In this document: piece by piece, positions 1 to 14,500 of the stretch
How the letters are laid out: every line of letters starts with the position of its first letter
Numbering within the stretch: position 1 is the stretch's first letter
Source: Convolutriloba macropyga
Taxonomy: Eukaryota
Reading direction: 5' to 3'
Assembly (NCBI RefSeq): GCF_964194025.1
Contig: NC_134480.1
Span: 13,826,001 to 13,890,000 of the forward strand
DNA length: 64,000 bases
Program-made: the position numbers and the translations under genes
The notes under the pieces: model-generated
Database searches by the model: none
Told to the model about the DNA's origin: nothing
The model's input: the letters and a program-made list of their open reading frames with translations, nothing else

Positions 1-3000
1 TACCAAACTTTGAAAAATGCTTTGGAAAGCATTTTTAAGTAATGGTTTTTATGACATGTTGTGCAGCAGTACCATCTTAGTAAGCATACACAATTTAAAT
101 TTTCAATGCTGTTTACGAAAAAATTTAGAACTTAGTTTTTTATTTTTTGTTAAAATTTTATTCGAGTCCAAACTTTTATAATGTGGTGGCACAATTACTC
201 AGAAGACATATGGGATGGCAGAATACGATCATACAAAGCTGTCCAGTCCAATTCAAGAGCTTGATAACTCGTCTCCTGTAACGTTCCAAAACTGATAAAT
301 ACTATACATCAAAAAAATTAGAGCCAAATTTTTAGATCACTGTAACTGAATTTAACAATTAAAAGTAACGATTCATGGTTGAATTGAGGGTACAATTTGA
401 AAAAATTTATTGTCAAATTTTAACAATTGAGCTCATATTTTTTTAAAACTTAGAGCAACATCATTTTATTTTTTTTTCCTCAAGCGACCAAGTGTTTGGG
501 CTAATTGCAAAATATTCTTCAGTAGCAAGAGAAGATTTGTTGCTTTTGCTAAAGAAATCATTTCAAATAATAGCTCCAAGAGTTATACAATTTGGTACCA
601 ACAAAAGCGCTTCGATGCCACATTTTGAGAATTTTTGCTTGGCAATTATAATTAAAAAATCTACTTTGGATTATGCACAGAGCGTGAGCTCGATTTCAAG
701 GAAAACGAAAGTCAAAGAAATTTTTTACTGTCTTCGCATTAGAATAATTACAAAATGAAACGATTAAATTTGGAGTCCTTCCAAAAAGAAATGTTTAAAA
801 TTGCGTTCCTTTCCGTTTTTGGAAAATTAATGTTGAAAATAATTGTTAGTTACTTAACAAAAACAAGAAAAAAACCAAACAAAATCTAAGTTGGAAAACT
901 GAATCACTGACAAATGCTTACAAGCCAAGTTTCTGTAGAAAATTTGGTTCTTAACATGTTCCTGAGCAAAACAGATAAAAAAATGTTCTTTAAATTTTAA
1001 TTCTTGACAAAACCGGTCGAACACAACACTGAAGAGTGAGTTTAATTATTTTTCTTCTGGTATCAATGAGCGCATTCATGCAGGTTCAGCTCCACTCCAG
1101 TAAAACAACGTTCAGTAGGCGTAAAATTGCCGCGCAAAGAGCAATTTGATTTCCGGTTTACTTATAGTATCTCCTCACTTATGCCCCTCCGCTTTGCCTC
1201 TATCACTCCGAAATTTTCTATATCCAACCAATCGAGAGCCGTTTTTTTCATTCGATGCAATTCATTCGATGGTAGCGGGTTATGTTTTTATGGAATTGAT
1301 TTTGCTAAAAGCAGTCACCTGCTCAGTAGGAAAATGACCGTTTTAGCTTGTTTTCAATGTTTTATGTCTGTTTTTTTATCATGGCTGTTTTTAAGATTAT
1401 AAGATAGCATTCGAAGCCTTTAGCAATGACTGTAACGACTGCTGCTCTTCTTCTTATGAAAACTAAAACTTTAAACTGCCCCGTTTGTTTGTGGTTTTGC
1501 ACCTGTCCGGAAATCACGTTTTTCTGTAAGCTATAGCGTAGACTACCGTTGCATTACTTGATACTCAATTAATCCCAACAACCAAATGTTCAGCTTTACA
1601 GAATAATGATTGGCTGTTATCTCAAATTAATTCCAAGTTAACCGTACTTTTCTTGAAACTTTGATCATAAATCAAATTATAATTCGACATTCCAAAATCA
1701 CCAATGTCCAGCTCTAGATAACCGTCCATGCTACAAGTTTGGGTCATTAGTATCCATTGCCAGTTTGTTACTATTTTTGAAGACCGTTTCCGGAAAATCG
1801 AAAACAATTAGAATAAAAATACCGAGCTCGAGAATGGATAGCGCTTTACTACGCACAGTACATCAGAAGAATGATCTCAATCAACTAATTTTGGTTGTTA
1901 GTTTTTTTTCATAATGGTGGTCTTGTCACGTAAATGTTGAATAACTTTTTTAATTGGCTGTAAAAATGACGACAAAATGTTATCAGTTTTCTACAATTTC
2001 TCATTTTCAGAGTAAATTTGTTGTCTTGAGGTTTTAAACCACTTAGATCCTCTTTTGAAAATTATCTGCCTAACCAAAAAACACTGCGAATCAATCGCAA
2101 AGTATCTGATACTAAAGTTCAATTTGTATTTTGTGCATCTATCGCAATACTAAGTTGGTGATAGTAGAATGAATAGTTTTATTTGAGTTTCACTTTCACT
2201 TCATGTAAGATGTTCAGGTATTATTAATAGTAGCTAACTAAGAATATAGCATAAAATGTCTTTTGTCGCAATTTTCGACTCTACCATGCAATTTTCACTT
2301 GCTTTTCCATTGAGCTCGTTTCCAAAAGTGAGAAATTTTATTTTTGATTTTTGAAATAAAAATTTTGATTTTGAAAATTCATGAAAAAACGTGCTTGTCA
2401 TTGATGCGAGGGTTTAAAGAAGCGAATAAACTCATTATGTACTGCTTTTTGTAATAACAGGTTTTAAAAATCTCCAAATGTTTTCATATTTTGTTTTTGA
2501 AGATATCATTATAATTTTTAGATCAGTTTGAGTCAATAATTGAAAAAAACATCGACTTCAGGAAACATCGTGCGGCATGACTCGTGTTCCTTTTCTTATT
2601 AGTTTTTAGCATAGTAAGTTTATGTCTAGATCACGTTGGTTTTTAAAGTTAATATTTAAATTGTCATAGGTTCAGCAATTTTTCTCAATCTTTAATTATC
2701 ATTTCAAGAATTTTCCTGGGAGCAAGCTAAAACTTCAGTGCAAAAAAGTTTATCCAGTGTGTTTGTTTTTTGAAATGGTACAAATTTTGTGACCCATAAA
2801 AGGTTTCTAATTATACCTATGATTTAATAAATCTTAATCTTTAGTATCTCCACTGTGATAATTTGTTCGGTTGTGATAGTTTCATATCAAGTCCCATGTG
2901 CCGCTAAGGCATGTCCATGGCCCGCGAGGCATGGCCAAACGCGCTGAATACTCAGCTCGTTAATAGTCAAGTGGGGGTTTATTTCCGTGGGGTTTTTTCC

Positions 3001-3290
3001 TATCTAAAATTCAATGGGTTTTTTTTCTGCGGGTTTTTTTCCGAAACCGGTTATTTCAGCCATATTGTGATAGCAAACTTTATATTAGATGAACAATTTG
3101 GGCAAAAAAAGTTTAGTATACAGACAAAGCAATACTTGAGAAATTAGTCCCAAATAGTAAAACAATCCTGAGAAAGATAATCGGTGAAAAAATGGTGCCA
3201 AATACAAGCATCAGACTAGGCGAGTCTGTTGATTCATTGTTTGTGATTCATTGTTTCATCTTAAAGCAGGACCCACCGACATACAGAAGC

Positions 3291-3806
3291 ATGGCGACGG
3301 ACGTTTCTCGAGTGTCTTGCGAAACCCCCTCGGACAACGATTCCATCGACGCCATCAGCCGGACTTCCGTCGTATCCTGGGCCGGAAGTCACAGCTCAGG
3401 TGGGGGTAGTTCCCTTGGGTTCAGCCGGTTTGCCGCGTTTCCCGGGTGGGAACCTCAACTAGGAGATCTGGGAGAAGTTGATGAGTTTGGGGGCGAGGCT
3501 GGAACAGGTTTGCCGAGTTCGGAAAGCCCGACGCTTCGGCGATTTGAGTCGAAAACTTTAGTCGAAATTGAAAACGATGAACGGATTCAAAATTTAGAGA
3601 ACGCAATTGGCCGGTTGAGTGCTATGGAAGATAAACATGAAAAAATTGAAGATGTTGAGGATGAAAAAATGGATCACAAAGATTCACCGGAGGAAAAAAC
3701 AGAAATCAATCGTGATCAAAGAGCGGAAAAGGTCAATGACAATGCTAGTAATGAAAGTAATCATGGAAGTAGCGATGGGAGTGATTATCAAGTTGTTATA
3801 AAGTAG
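3291..3806 (+). other. GC-richer ORF, Ser/Gly/acidic low-complexity with a short coiled-coil-like stretch; orphan exon or retroelement ORF1/gag-like fragment
   Basis: Part of ORF 3192..3806. ATG at 3291 (MATDVSRV...). GC content is clearly above the flanks; RIQNLENAIGRLSAME is heptad-like. No recognisable domain. Confidence 0.3.
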
Positions 3807-3841
3807 AATTATTAATAAAAATTTATAAATACGTTCAATTA

Positions 3842-4902
3842 CCCAGGTTTTGGTCCAGACCCTAATTGAGCTATGATCAGACCCAATCGAGCGCACACCC
3901 CTGTGTTCCCAGACCGAAATTACAGGGTCTGGAAAGCGGTTCGAGCGCACAATAGTCTGGACCATGGTCTGATTTCGGTCTGATCAGAGGTCAATTCGGT
4001 CTGGACGGTCTGATCATAGTCTTTATAGTCTGGACCATGGTCTGGGTTCGGTCTGATCAGAGGTCAATTCGGTCTGGAAGGTCTGATCACAGTCATTATA
4101 GTCTGGACCATGGTCTGGGTTCGGTCTGATCAGAGGTCAATTCGATCTGGAAGGTCTGATTTCGAGTGCATTTTTTTTCAAATTTTTTTGTTTTTTTTAG
4201 GGATGTTGGCTCTGCCAAGAGGCAACAATAAAGCAGCGTTCCGATCAGAGACTCATCTAAAGTCCGATGACTCTGGTCAGAAACAAGGAGTCCAGCTGAT
4301 AGCAAATGCCGGTCCCCTCAAGAGGAAATTTTGATTAACTGAAGACTACGAGGTTTCTTGTGGAAAACTGTCTAAGTTCATCCATTGAGTCAGAAATATG
4401 AACTAAGGGGTATGGTAAATAAAATTTTTTTCTCAACAGTTAAGTTTCGTTTTCATTAGCAATATTTTCAGAATTGGCTTTTCCTTAGATGATTTTAATA
4501 CACCAAACACCAGTTTTTTATGAAATGAATATATTATAGCAAAATTAAGAGATTTGTTCATAATTAAAACCTTTCTCTGATCAGACTATTATGAGCGCAC
4601 ATGAGTCTGATCATAGTCTGATTAAGGTCTGGGCAATGGTCTGAAAGTGAGTCTGGACCATGGTCTGAAGATGGTCTGATCATAGTCTGTTTATAGTCTA
4701 GACAATGGTCTGAGTTTGGGTCTGATCATAAGCGCACTATAGTCTGATCAGAGGACATTTTGGTCTGGAAAGTCTGATCAGAGATCATTTTGGTCTCGAT
4801 GATCTGATCAGAGGTAACTTCGGTCTGGAAAGTCTGATCAGAGGTCATTTCAGTCTGCATAGTCTGATCATAGCTCAATTTGGGTCTGGACCTAAACCTG
4901 GG
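3842..4902. mobile_element. Non-autonomous DNA transposon (MITE) with ~41-bp TIRs, TA TSD and internal TCTGATCAGA minisatellites
   Basis: Left TA|CCCAGGTTTTGGTCCAGACCCTAATTGAGCTATGATCAGAC; the right end reverse-complements to TA|CCCAGGTTTAGGTCCAGACCCAAATTGAGCTATGATCAGAC (2 mismatches). ~73-bp repeats at 3950-4160 and 30-bp repeats at 4741-4870. Remnants also at ~16590-16680, 24060-24290 and 24700-24850. Confidence 0.9.
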
Positions 4903-4904
4903 TA

Positions 4905-5160
4905 TGTTACTTGAAACACGCACGTGCAAGTTCTAGAATTCCAGATCTTTCCAGGGCCAGATTCTACAATACCAGATTTTCCTATAAACAGTGCAGATTA
5001 TATAAAAGATTTTGAACTCACAAGTTTGTGGCTCAAATAAGGTTATGTTACTGTTCTGAAGTCCCTTCGAAAATCTTACTTCACATCTCGAACTGCTTCA
5101 CTGCTCTCGCTCAAGGCCAGACTTTCTCAGTGACTTCATCAGATTCGCGTAACCTATACG
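4905..5160. repeat. Dispersed repeat fragment (same family as 34340-34440 and 35380-35580, inverted)
   Basis: cagactttctcagtgacttcatcagattcgcgtaacctatac and cttgaaacacgcacgtgcaag resemble the reverse complement of segments of 35450-35520. Confidence 0.6.
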
Positions 5161-5440
5161 AGAATTTCTTAATATTGTGTCTGTTAAAAACTGACCTGTG
5201 TTGTTAATTGGCAAGTATTAATCTAGAAATTGGATTTTGTTGTTTGTCTCGTAACCCAATAAAGATAACAATAGTTGAGATTATTTTGACTATATGACAA
5301 TTAGTATTTAAGTTTCGAGTTTCTGTGAAATGTATTTGTAAACACTAATATATTAAAGACTGAAGCGAGAGGACATATCTTCTGTTCAATGATACGAAAA
5401 TAAAAATTTATGATTGAAGTCTTTTTAATGATTTACACAA

Positions 5441-5565
5441 CCCCCCCCCACGCCCATTGCCCCCCCCCCCCCACGCTCGTTTGCCCCCCCCCTCACGCTC
5501 GTTTGCCCCCCCCCCCCTCACGCTCGTTTGCCCCCCACGCTCGTTTGCCCCAACGTTTGCCCCCG
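5441..5565. repeat. C-rich minisatellite (C)n(T)CACGCTCGTTTG, about 6 units; G-quadruplex potential on the minus strand
   Basis: Directly visible tandem units separated by C runs of 4-12. Confidence 0.85.
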
Positions 5566-8500
5566 CTGTTAGCATTTTATATATTTACATAAACATTTAT
5601 GCTGCGGGTGCATTTACAAATTAATGATGGCAAACACAAAAAAGATCCACGAAAACGACTCTTAAATTTTTGGAAGTATTCTACCATTCTTGGTGCCCTT
5701 AAATTGAAGTTAAATCAGCCTGTTCATGATTCAATTTCACTAGAAGGATCCTTCTATTTCCACATACCAATATTCTAAAACTGACCAGTAGACGTAGTTT
5801 TGACCACAATTGAGACTGATCATTCTTCGACACCTTTTAATCGGGTTGAAATGCTAGGATTTTGAATGTAGTATTGAGAATTTAGCAAAACTTTGTCACT
5901 GATATCCATATCTTAGGCTAAAAATTCAGCGCTCAAATATTTTCTACCCCAGACTTGTATCAGATTCTTTTTTTACAGAACGGAGGCAAGGATTAAAAGG
6001 CATAACAAGAAATATAAATAAACAAGAAAAATATTTAAATAAAAACTATATTAAAGAGAACTAAGTCGACAATTTTACTAATGACTTTCAGAGACATTTT
6101 AAAAATCAAGAAAAATTGATTGAACAAGCTGAAAAAAATTTATTCAATAAAATACAAAAAGCATATTTTATGCAAATAGAAAAAACACAAGTTTTGTCGC
6201 AGTTATCAAAAATGATGTGTATAAATATTATATATTTTTATCTTTACATCGTTCTTTATCTTATTTCCTCAGGGACAAGACTGTTACACTATGGAAATTA
6301 CTTTTAAATTAGATTTAAACTTTCATTCAAACATGAAAATATTTGATTTTTTCATTGCTTGATTATTTTCAAGTAAGGGCCAGTAAAATTGAAACTAAAA
6401 AAAATTTTTTTCCAGTTGCTTATGTTCTCATTTTTTCCGTCGGTGCTGTCTGTCATTGCTACAAATTGATATTTTAGCAAAACTTTTTAGATTTATTGAT
6501 TCCAAATACTTCAAAGCCTATTGTGAATTTTTCGTATTATCGGAGTTTTTTTAATTGTCACTCTATTTTTGAAAATGACCCTTGAAGATGTTTTTCTGTT
6601 CTTTGTATCCTCGAACACGATTACCTCGAAAGAACAAGGCTCTTTTTAAGATTTTGGGTGACATACTTTGTAAAACGACCTTTCATTTGACAAATTTATT
6701 AAAAAGATATACCTTTACCTCTACTGCCGTTGTTGACGTTTAATAGTAAAGTATATCGTAAATTAAAATCTTCGTTGTAACGAAAAGAAAATTTGCAATG
6801 ATAGATATAAACTTTTTTGTTTATGTTATAATTTCTGTTACAGTTCTGTTGTTTTTGAAAAGCTTTTCAAATTTGATTGTTGTCCGTTATTTGCTAGTCA
6901 AGATTCAAAATCAAGTTTAAGCAGCTGATAAAGCTTCTGATGTTTTAATTAGCAACTTTTTCATAGTTCCCCATATAAAATTGCGCTATTTTTTGCAGAT
7001 ACGATTGAGCTATTACTAAAGACAAGCTTGCAATTCTTTTCCAACAAGAGTGCTGCAACTTAAATGAACAATTTGTTCGAGATATAGGAAAAGGGAACTT
7101 ATATTTTGAATAACATTGTATCTTCAGGACAACAACGAATTGCACAAATTTTTTTTTAACTAAAACTGGTCGAACTTGATAATATGGTTTTTATTAATTT
7201 AGTTAAGAATGATTTCAAGTAAACCTAATTGGTGAACGCGTCGGTCATACTTCAAAATCTGTGAAATTTAGGTTAAAAAGCATGAACTGTCTTGAATTTT
7301 TTGAAAGTGTCATATTCCTGCTTCTTTTTACTGAAGTATAAGCCTTGTATGTTGATGTGTTGATTCAAAAAACCATTTGCAAACGTGCATTAATGAGCCT
7401 AATTGTTAACAACACTAAAACTTACTTAATTTGAAAATAAATTTTTTCTAAATTTTTTTACATTAAGGTACCTAGACCATTACAGTTAAAATAGATAATT
7501 GATGAGCAATTAAGGTAGCAATAAAAATCAGCTGCGATAACTGCTTTATCTTAAGAATAAAATTTTTAATTGAATTTTTTTGGCAGTTTTCTAATAGTAA
7601 TTTAAATTGGATTGTTTTATCTCAGTGCTGTTTCTTATTGCTCCGGTGTTACTTCAATATTTACAGAAGCAAAAAATGCGAATTTGTTAAAAAGCAGCCC
7701 TTTGAAAGTTTTGCTCGGCACGTGAATAGACCGTGCTCGATCAATAAGTTTTCCTTGGCCCCACTATGCAATGAAATTTCTCGTCATGAAAAATTTTTCC
7801 TCGATCCATGAAAAGATATTTTCTCGACTTCAAGTACAAAGCTCTGCTGTGTAATTTTAGTAAATAAAGGCCCTTAAGTCCGAGGGAAAATCAGAGGCAT
7901 TTTTTTGGGTTAATTCCTAAAAAATTGTTTGCAGCAATGCGAACGTCAATATACAGAACATTACTAAACAATTTTAATGTCTGTTTTGTATTACACATTA
8001 CATGCCACAGTTCAAAAGTTTTTTAGTATATGTCACAATTTAGTTGCATCTCGAGAGGGTGACATATTGAATATGCTCTTTATAATGGTTGGGGGGGGGG
8101 GGGCAATGAAAATGAGACAAAGTCGAACTGTTTCTGTCACCGAGTTTGTTGCATTCTCTGGATTATTCTCCACAGTGGTTTGTTTTTGAACTCTTCAAAT
8201 TTCTGCTCTAGATCATCATGACTGCTTTTTCTATTATCTTGCAGCCATTTTCGTGCTTTTTCAGTTTCAGCCAAAACTTCTTCGTTCCCGTTCGCGTTGC
8301 ATTCAACCTAAACAATAAGCAAAAATTTATGAAGTAGCGCATTTTCTTCAATAAGTCTATTCGAGTCGGGAAAGTTCCCCAAAAAAATTTCTGTCTTTGC
8401 CAGTAACCCCCCCCCCCCCCCCGCTTATCTGTCAGATAACCTATAGCTTCCCTTCCCCAATCCTGGTAAGTATACCATAATGGGGGGTTATAACTCCATG

Positions 8501-11500
8501 GGGGGGGCTATAATGGGAAAAACCCAAAAGTTTGTTGAAAATTATCCTTGAAAATGTGCAACAAATGAAAGAGCTGAAAGCGCGAAACTTTACTTTTGTT
8601 AAGATCAGTCAAAGGTTCTTTAGAATTGTAGCATTTCAAGTAATTATAGCCTCCATTATTGTATCGTAAATGGGGGGGGGGGGGGTATACGTTGCGACAG
8701 CTAAGGCGGGGCTAGGATAATGAGAAAAACCCCAGTCAAGCTCCTATAGGCCTCTTTGATGATATAACGGTTGCTCATTTTTTAGCGGCTGGAGAGAAGC
8801 CTGTGCCACGGAATACGTTAAGACATTAACATTTGTTCTTGTTTCTGTCGGAGAAAAGTGATCGCAGTTTGTTTTAAAATCTGACATCTCTTTCTATACT
8901 TACTGATAACCAAAGTGTTGATAATAACTCAATTCAAAACTGTGAAATCTCCTACCTTTTCTGAATTTGGTTCCAACATTCAGTTTGTATGATCCCCCCT
9001 CCTAAATTATAAACCCCCCAATTACAGAGCACCTGTCATAACATAATAAATCATCATGTAAAAAAAAGCACGTGGGTGTGGGGTGCAATTAATATGCACC
9101 CACTAAGTGGAGGGCACAAATAGAAAACATCCAACTTTTCGATTGAATTGCTTGGAGCTTTCAGTTTTAATCAAATGCCAAGAGAATTTGGCCAGGTTAG
9201 ACGCTGAAATAAAAAAAAAGAGCTGGACCAGTCCTTAATTATAATTCAAAGAACTGAAGCAACAGAAGGCAACAAAAAGATCAGCTTCCGATAATAAACA
9301 AATGAAATGACAATACCTCCGCGAAAACAAACAAAATCCTCCAAAAACCGAAAAAAAGTTCATATTTCTCTTCGAAAAGGAGTATTATTGTAATATTTAC
9401 CCCAACAAAGTATACCTCAAAAAACTTTTACAAAGCAGAACCACAGCAAACGCCTACTCTGCTTACACAGCAAGCACCTATTGAGAAGAAAAGCACTGCA
9501 GACAAAATAGAAGGACTGCGCAAACAACATTTTGCCAAAACATGAATGTCATAACTGGTACCAAAGTTCGTGAAACACACTACTAAAACTTGAACTCTAC
9601 TGTCAATTGGAGGACCACGCAACAAAATAAGCAACAATTGCAGGTAACAATCAAAAGTTAGTCGAAAACAAATGGTGTCGAAGCTAATTAAATTCCTGGC
9701 TTTAAAGATAAACAATAAATACACCCTTTAATGCCTAATTGGAGAGCAATTGAGACACATCATCAATGAGACAAACTGACAAGACCACAAAAAACAATTA
9801 CAAAAATTTGCAGCCGGCGGGGTTGTCGGTAGCCTTCAGTAGGTTATCTCAATCAGTCTCTGTTACAGCAATTCGGGGGTCTGCAATCATGCTCCTTGCA
9901 AGGGATACAAGATTATAGACACATATGAAACGGGAGCAGATCTTTGAATCCTTGTTGCAGAAGTTAAGAGGCGAGTCGGCATTGAATAGTGTGTCATCCA
10001 TGAGCGGGGACAATCTATAGTGATAAGTTTTTGACTCACCCAATGAGTGGGGAGCCCAAATTTAATGAATTATCATACTAGTTGTACCTCAGTGGCGGGT
10101 GAAATGTGATTGTCCAGAACAGGAAGTTTTACCTCAAACAATTTTTCCAAAAAGGAAACTATTTTGATTGCATGATTGATTGCATGGGTTGAACTGATAA
10201 CAATGATCGTTGACCGTTTATGAACCAAGATTTTCTAATTTCGTGAATTAATCTGTAAAATATCTTTATATAAAAAAAATTACAAAAACTAAAATACTCC
10301 GACAAAAGTCTGAAATAATTTCTGAAAACAAGTCGTGCCAAAGTTAAAACTTGGAGCTTAAAATTGAAAAAACTAATTCAACAAAAATTTTCTGATATTG
10401 AAGCTAGTGAGGATCATGGTTAATGAGAGTAAGCGACAGAAAAACAAAAAACTACATGAAGGAGGAAAATCCAAAAATTTTTCGAAAACAGCTGTTGTCA
10501 AAGCAGTGAAGACACTGTTTCATATGAAAAACATTTAAACTGACAACAATTGGACTTATAAGATAGCCGCTTAGAGTTAACAATATTTAATCTAGGTGAC
10601 AAAACAAAAAAACTCCCAAAGATGGAAAATGATCAAAAAATTGCTATTTTTTTAAAAAAACAATTGTTGTCATAGTCGTTAAAGCCATTAGTTTTTAACT
10701 TAAATTAACCATTTAATACAAATTTGCCTCAAGAAATACATTTCATTTACACCAATCGTTGATGATATTAAATTACAACACCACAAAAAGAACAATAAAG
10801 AAAGGCAAAATACAAAAAAAATATTACTTTTATTTCATGAAAACAAATAATGTCACAGTCAATGAAAACCAATTGTTGACTGTTTGAGAGGTTTAAATAA
10901 GTTCAATTATGTATTATCGGAGCAAGGCCAATAGTTTTTAAAAGTATTTGTAGAGATATAAATTTGTTGAAAAGAAAAACAGCGAAAACAGAAGTCAAAT
11001 TGCCGCACCTGAAAAAATTTTTCTCTCAAAAACTGAAAATCTGTTTAAAAACCATTCTAATGTTCACTTTCAATAGCTCTTTCTAAGAGTCGCAACTTTT
11101 AGGTACTCAATTTTTGTTCCTCTTACAACTCTAGCATGACTAAAATCACTGCAACAAATTGACTTCTCAGTGACAAGAAAAGGTTTAAGAATTGTGTACA
11201 GATCATAAAAAAGACAGTACACCAATACAACTCAAATACTTTGAATAGGAAAAATTCAATCCGAACTCCGCAAACTCGTTAATCATTGTGCATAACAGAG
11301 CTCAAACTCGATTGGATTAAAAACTTTGGGAAGTTTTCGATGTTTAATAGCTATCAAGTCTACTCAATTTAAAAGAATCTGATCACTCTACCGCTTTGTG
11401 GATTTTTATGTAGCTCTATTTGATAAAAGTTATCAATGAAATTGACGATCGTTGAGCATAAAGATGAAAAATTAACTGTAAAAGTTTAACCTCCGTCTAT

Positions 11501-14500
11501 ATTGCTCGAAGGTTAACTGTTCTGAGATTATGTTCCGAAAAAATGCTTCTTAAGAGCTTCAATTTATTCTTCTTTTTTTTTCCACTCAAAAAACAGCAAC
11601 CAAATTGAAATTAAATCAGAATGTTATCAGTAAAGATATAAAAGTTTAAATTAGCATTAAGGTATCCAAATACAGGAAAAAAATTATGCGAGATTCAAAA
11701 GAACTTGCGTAAATTTTTGCAAACAAAATTGTTTAAATTTGGGATTGATTGTTTTTATTCCAGGCGAAATAAAAACCATCTACCTACCGTGAAGTTCCCG
11801 ACAAGAGACAACAATTTTTTTTAAACGAAAAGTTTTCATCGCCACTGAAAAATGGAATAAAGACATCGATTTTGTCTAAATGAAAGGTTGAAAAATTTGA
11901 GCAAATGTTTGTGATTACCTGAATTGAACGAAATCCTAAAATTTGGCTCAAGCAAATGACAAGTTAAGTGAAGAGTTTTGAGAGTTAAAATGATGTTCTC
12001 TCGTGTGGTATGTTTTTTCCAGCTTTTTGTTAGGATTCAGAAGCTACACTGGCGTGGGGTCATCTTACTCTCTATCATCAAATTGAACTCACGGAAACAT
12101 CGAAGGCCTAAACACTGACCCTTTTCTTAATAACACAACGTGTGGTTTATATATAAAACGTCCGATCAGCAAAATTCGTTCAATGGCACAGTTTTTTGCC
12201 TAAAAAAGCCAAATTTTGTTACGGATCTGTTTTTCATACATATTACTTTTTTAAAACTAGTTGCAATTTTTCTTGTATCTGTTCATCTTTTTTTGATCAA
12301 TAGTTTGCGCTTTACTGCGTTGACATATCATGCAGCGTCCCAAGTACCAGAATAAATTGTATTTTCGCGGTTAATTTGTTCAAACAACCAAGTAAAAATT
12401 TAGTTAGCAAATATCATAAATGATAAATTGTCATCTGAATAACCATAATTACAAAATTTGAAGATTAAGTTTTTTACACATCAGTTTAAAAAGTCAAAAT
12501 TATGAAACACTTTTAAATAGATTTCAATTTCCTTATTTGATTAAAATTTATCAAATTGTTTTTTGTATAGATTAGCAGACTTACTTTATAAACCAGGGAT
12601 CATGGAAACTCCTTTACTTAAGTAGTCACCATTAACTTTGGTGATCTAAATCTATTCTTTCCTTACAGCAGTGCCTAAAAATGCAAGGCACAGAAATTGC
12701 CTTCGGTGTCGTTGCAATTAATAGCCATTTCAAAAAATTTAAAAAATTCGAAGAACACAGTTTGGTTTTTGGTGAACACAATGTTCACTCAAGGAAAAAA
12801 CTATTTTTTAAAAATGATTACATGTGGCTTCGTTTTTTGAGAATTTAGTTTGATTTAAATCACTTGACATTTAACCAGGTTAGGTCAAATCACTTCAACA
12901 GGAGAAGATGAAAAGTATGTAGCGATGTAAGAGTAGACAGAAACATGAAGATGTAATGGTCACCGAGAATAGAGTCCACAATATCCATGCCAGCAAGTAC
13001 TGGTACTGCAAGTAGAGCTTAAATCAGCAGAAACAGGGTATACTGGTCTCATAGACAAATCAACCTCTCAATAAACCCACGAGATTCACAAGCGTAAAAA
13101 AACTGAATCAAGTTTTTCGTTTTTGTCATTTTGTTTCTCAGTGTATTACGAAATCGGCTTGTTACTCTCTTATTACTTCTCAAAAAATAGGAGAACTTAC
13201 ACTAGCCCTAATTTTTTTCGGTCCGAAAATTTTTCACCTCTGTGAGGACACCCCAAACCAACAAATGTGGAATGAGTTTGAAGATGTCTGCGTCTATTAT
13301 TTCACTACAAGATAAAATTTTGGGAATTTTGATTTTTTGAAAATGTTTTGGCGACTAATTTGACTCAAAAATTAATGCAGTTTAGCCTCATTTTTTAAAA
13401 TCAAATTTAGATAAAACTTTGTCAAAATTCAACCAATTCACACATCAGGTGGCTTATTGAGGGTATCATAGAAGAAGTACGTTTTTTTCAATGCTCCATC
13501 TTGAACTGAAACACATTATTTTTTTCATATGTTGTTTGAGACAGAGGTTTAGTCATTTCTAGCCATTTTTGAATTTTAGTCTGTTTCTTACCTTTTTGAA
13601 CATAATTTTCCGATGTTCCCTTAGTTTTGAAAAATTTTCATAGTCTTGAGAATTACGAAGAAAATTAATTGAGATCTGTCTAATGTTGGTTAGTTGAAAA
13701 AGAATTTCAGAAAAATAAAAAAAAAATTGTGAAATTACGTCTTAACTTTCCTGAAAATTTTGAAAAATAATGACTTTGAGAGATGTATTAATTAATCGTT
13801 CCGCATGTACTATTGACTCAAAAACGAACAGCAATATTTGTTTCTGCATTGTGTAGTTTATTTGGCTACTCTGAGAATTGAAAAAAAAACTTACTATTTT
13901 TTGATAGTTTTTCAAAAAATTCCCACATCTTTGTCCCCCTTTGAGGTTTCTTGTTTCATATAATTGTCAATCATTAAAACTGCAACCAATATCAATTGTA
14001 GGGAGGAGTTTCCTGTACTCAGTCGGCCGTTTTTGAGTTCCCATTTCGTATATTTTATTTTGTATTCGGTGCGGTCTTTTTCAAAGAGCACTTCGTACAC
14101 TCTTAGTGACTTCGAGGTCAACTTAAAGTAAAATTTGTGGCCTGATTTTGATTTCACCGGCCAGATCAAGTAGCAGAGACTGATCATCAAGAATGAAAAG
14201 TATCGGTACTCTGGAAACAAGTAAGGATGTGTTCAGTTGTTTAATTCCCTTTAACTTAGCTGCTTCGAAACATGTGTTTTTTTCAGAAACAGAAATTTAT
14301 TTTTTTTCAACTTTGTCCTGATCTTAAGTTATGTTTTGCTGTTAGTTCATCTTATTGTTGACAAATTCTTCGAGTGTTTGATGATAAAACGTTCAATAGT
14401 TTTGTATGCATTGGTCGGTCGCTTAATGATTTTTTAAGTAACTAAGTATATCTTTAAGTAAAAAGTATAAAAAATTTAACTCAAAGTATTTTTTTTTTAA

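Noticed and set aside
3950-4870. Regularly spaced palindromic repeats resembling a CRISPR array (also 33028-33150 and 61062-61200)
   Set aside because: No unique spacers, no cas genes, eukaryotic context; these are MITE subterminal minisatellites.
13912-14220. ORF as a further HSP70 exon
   Set aside because: No phase-compatible acceptor gives convincing HSP70 lid similarity.
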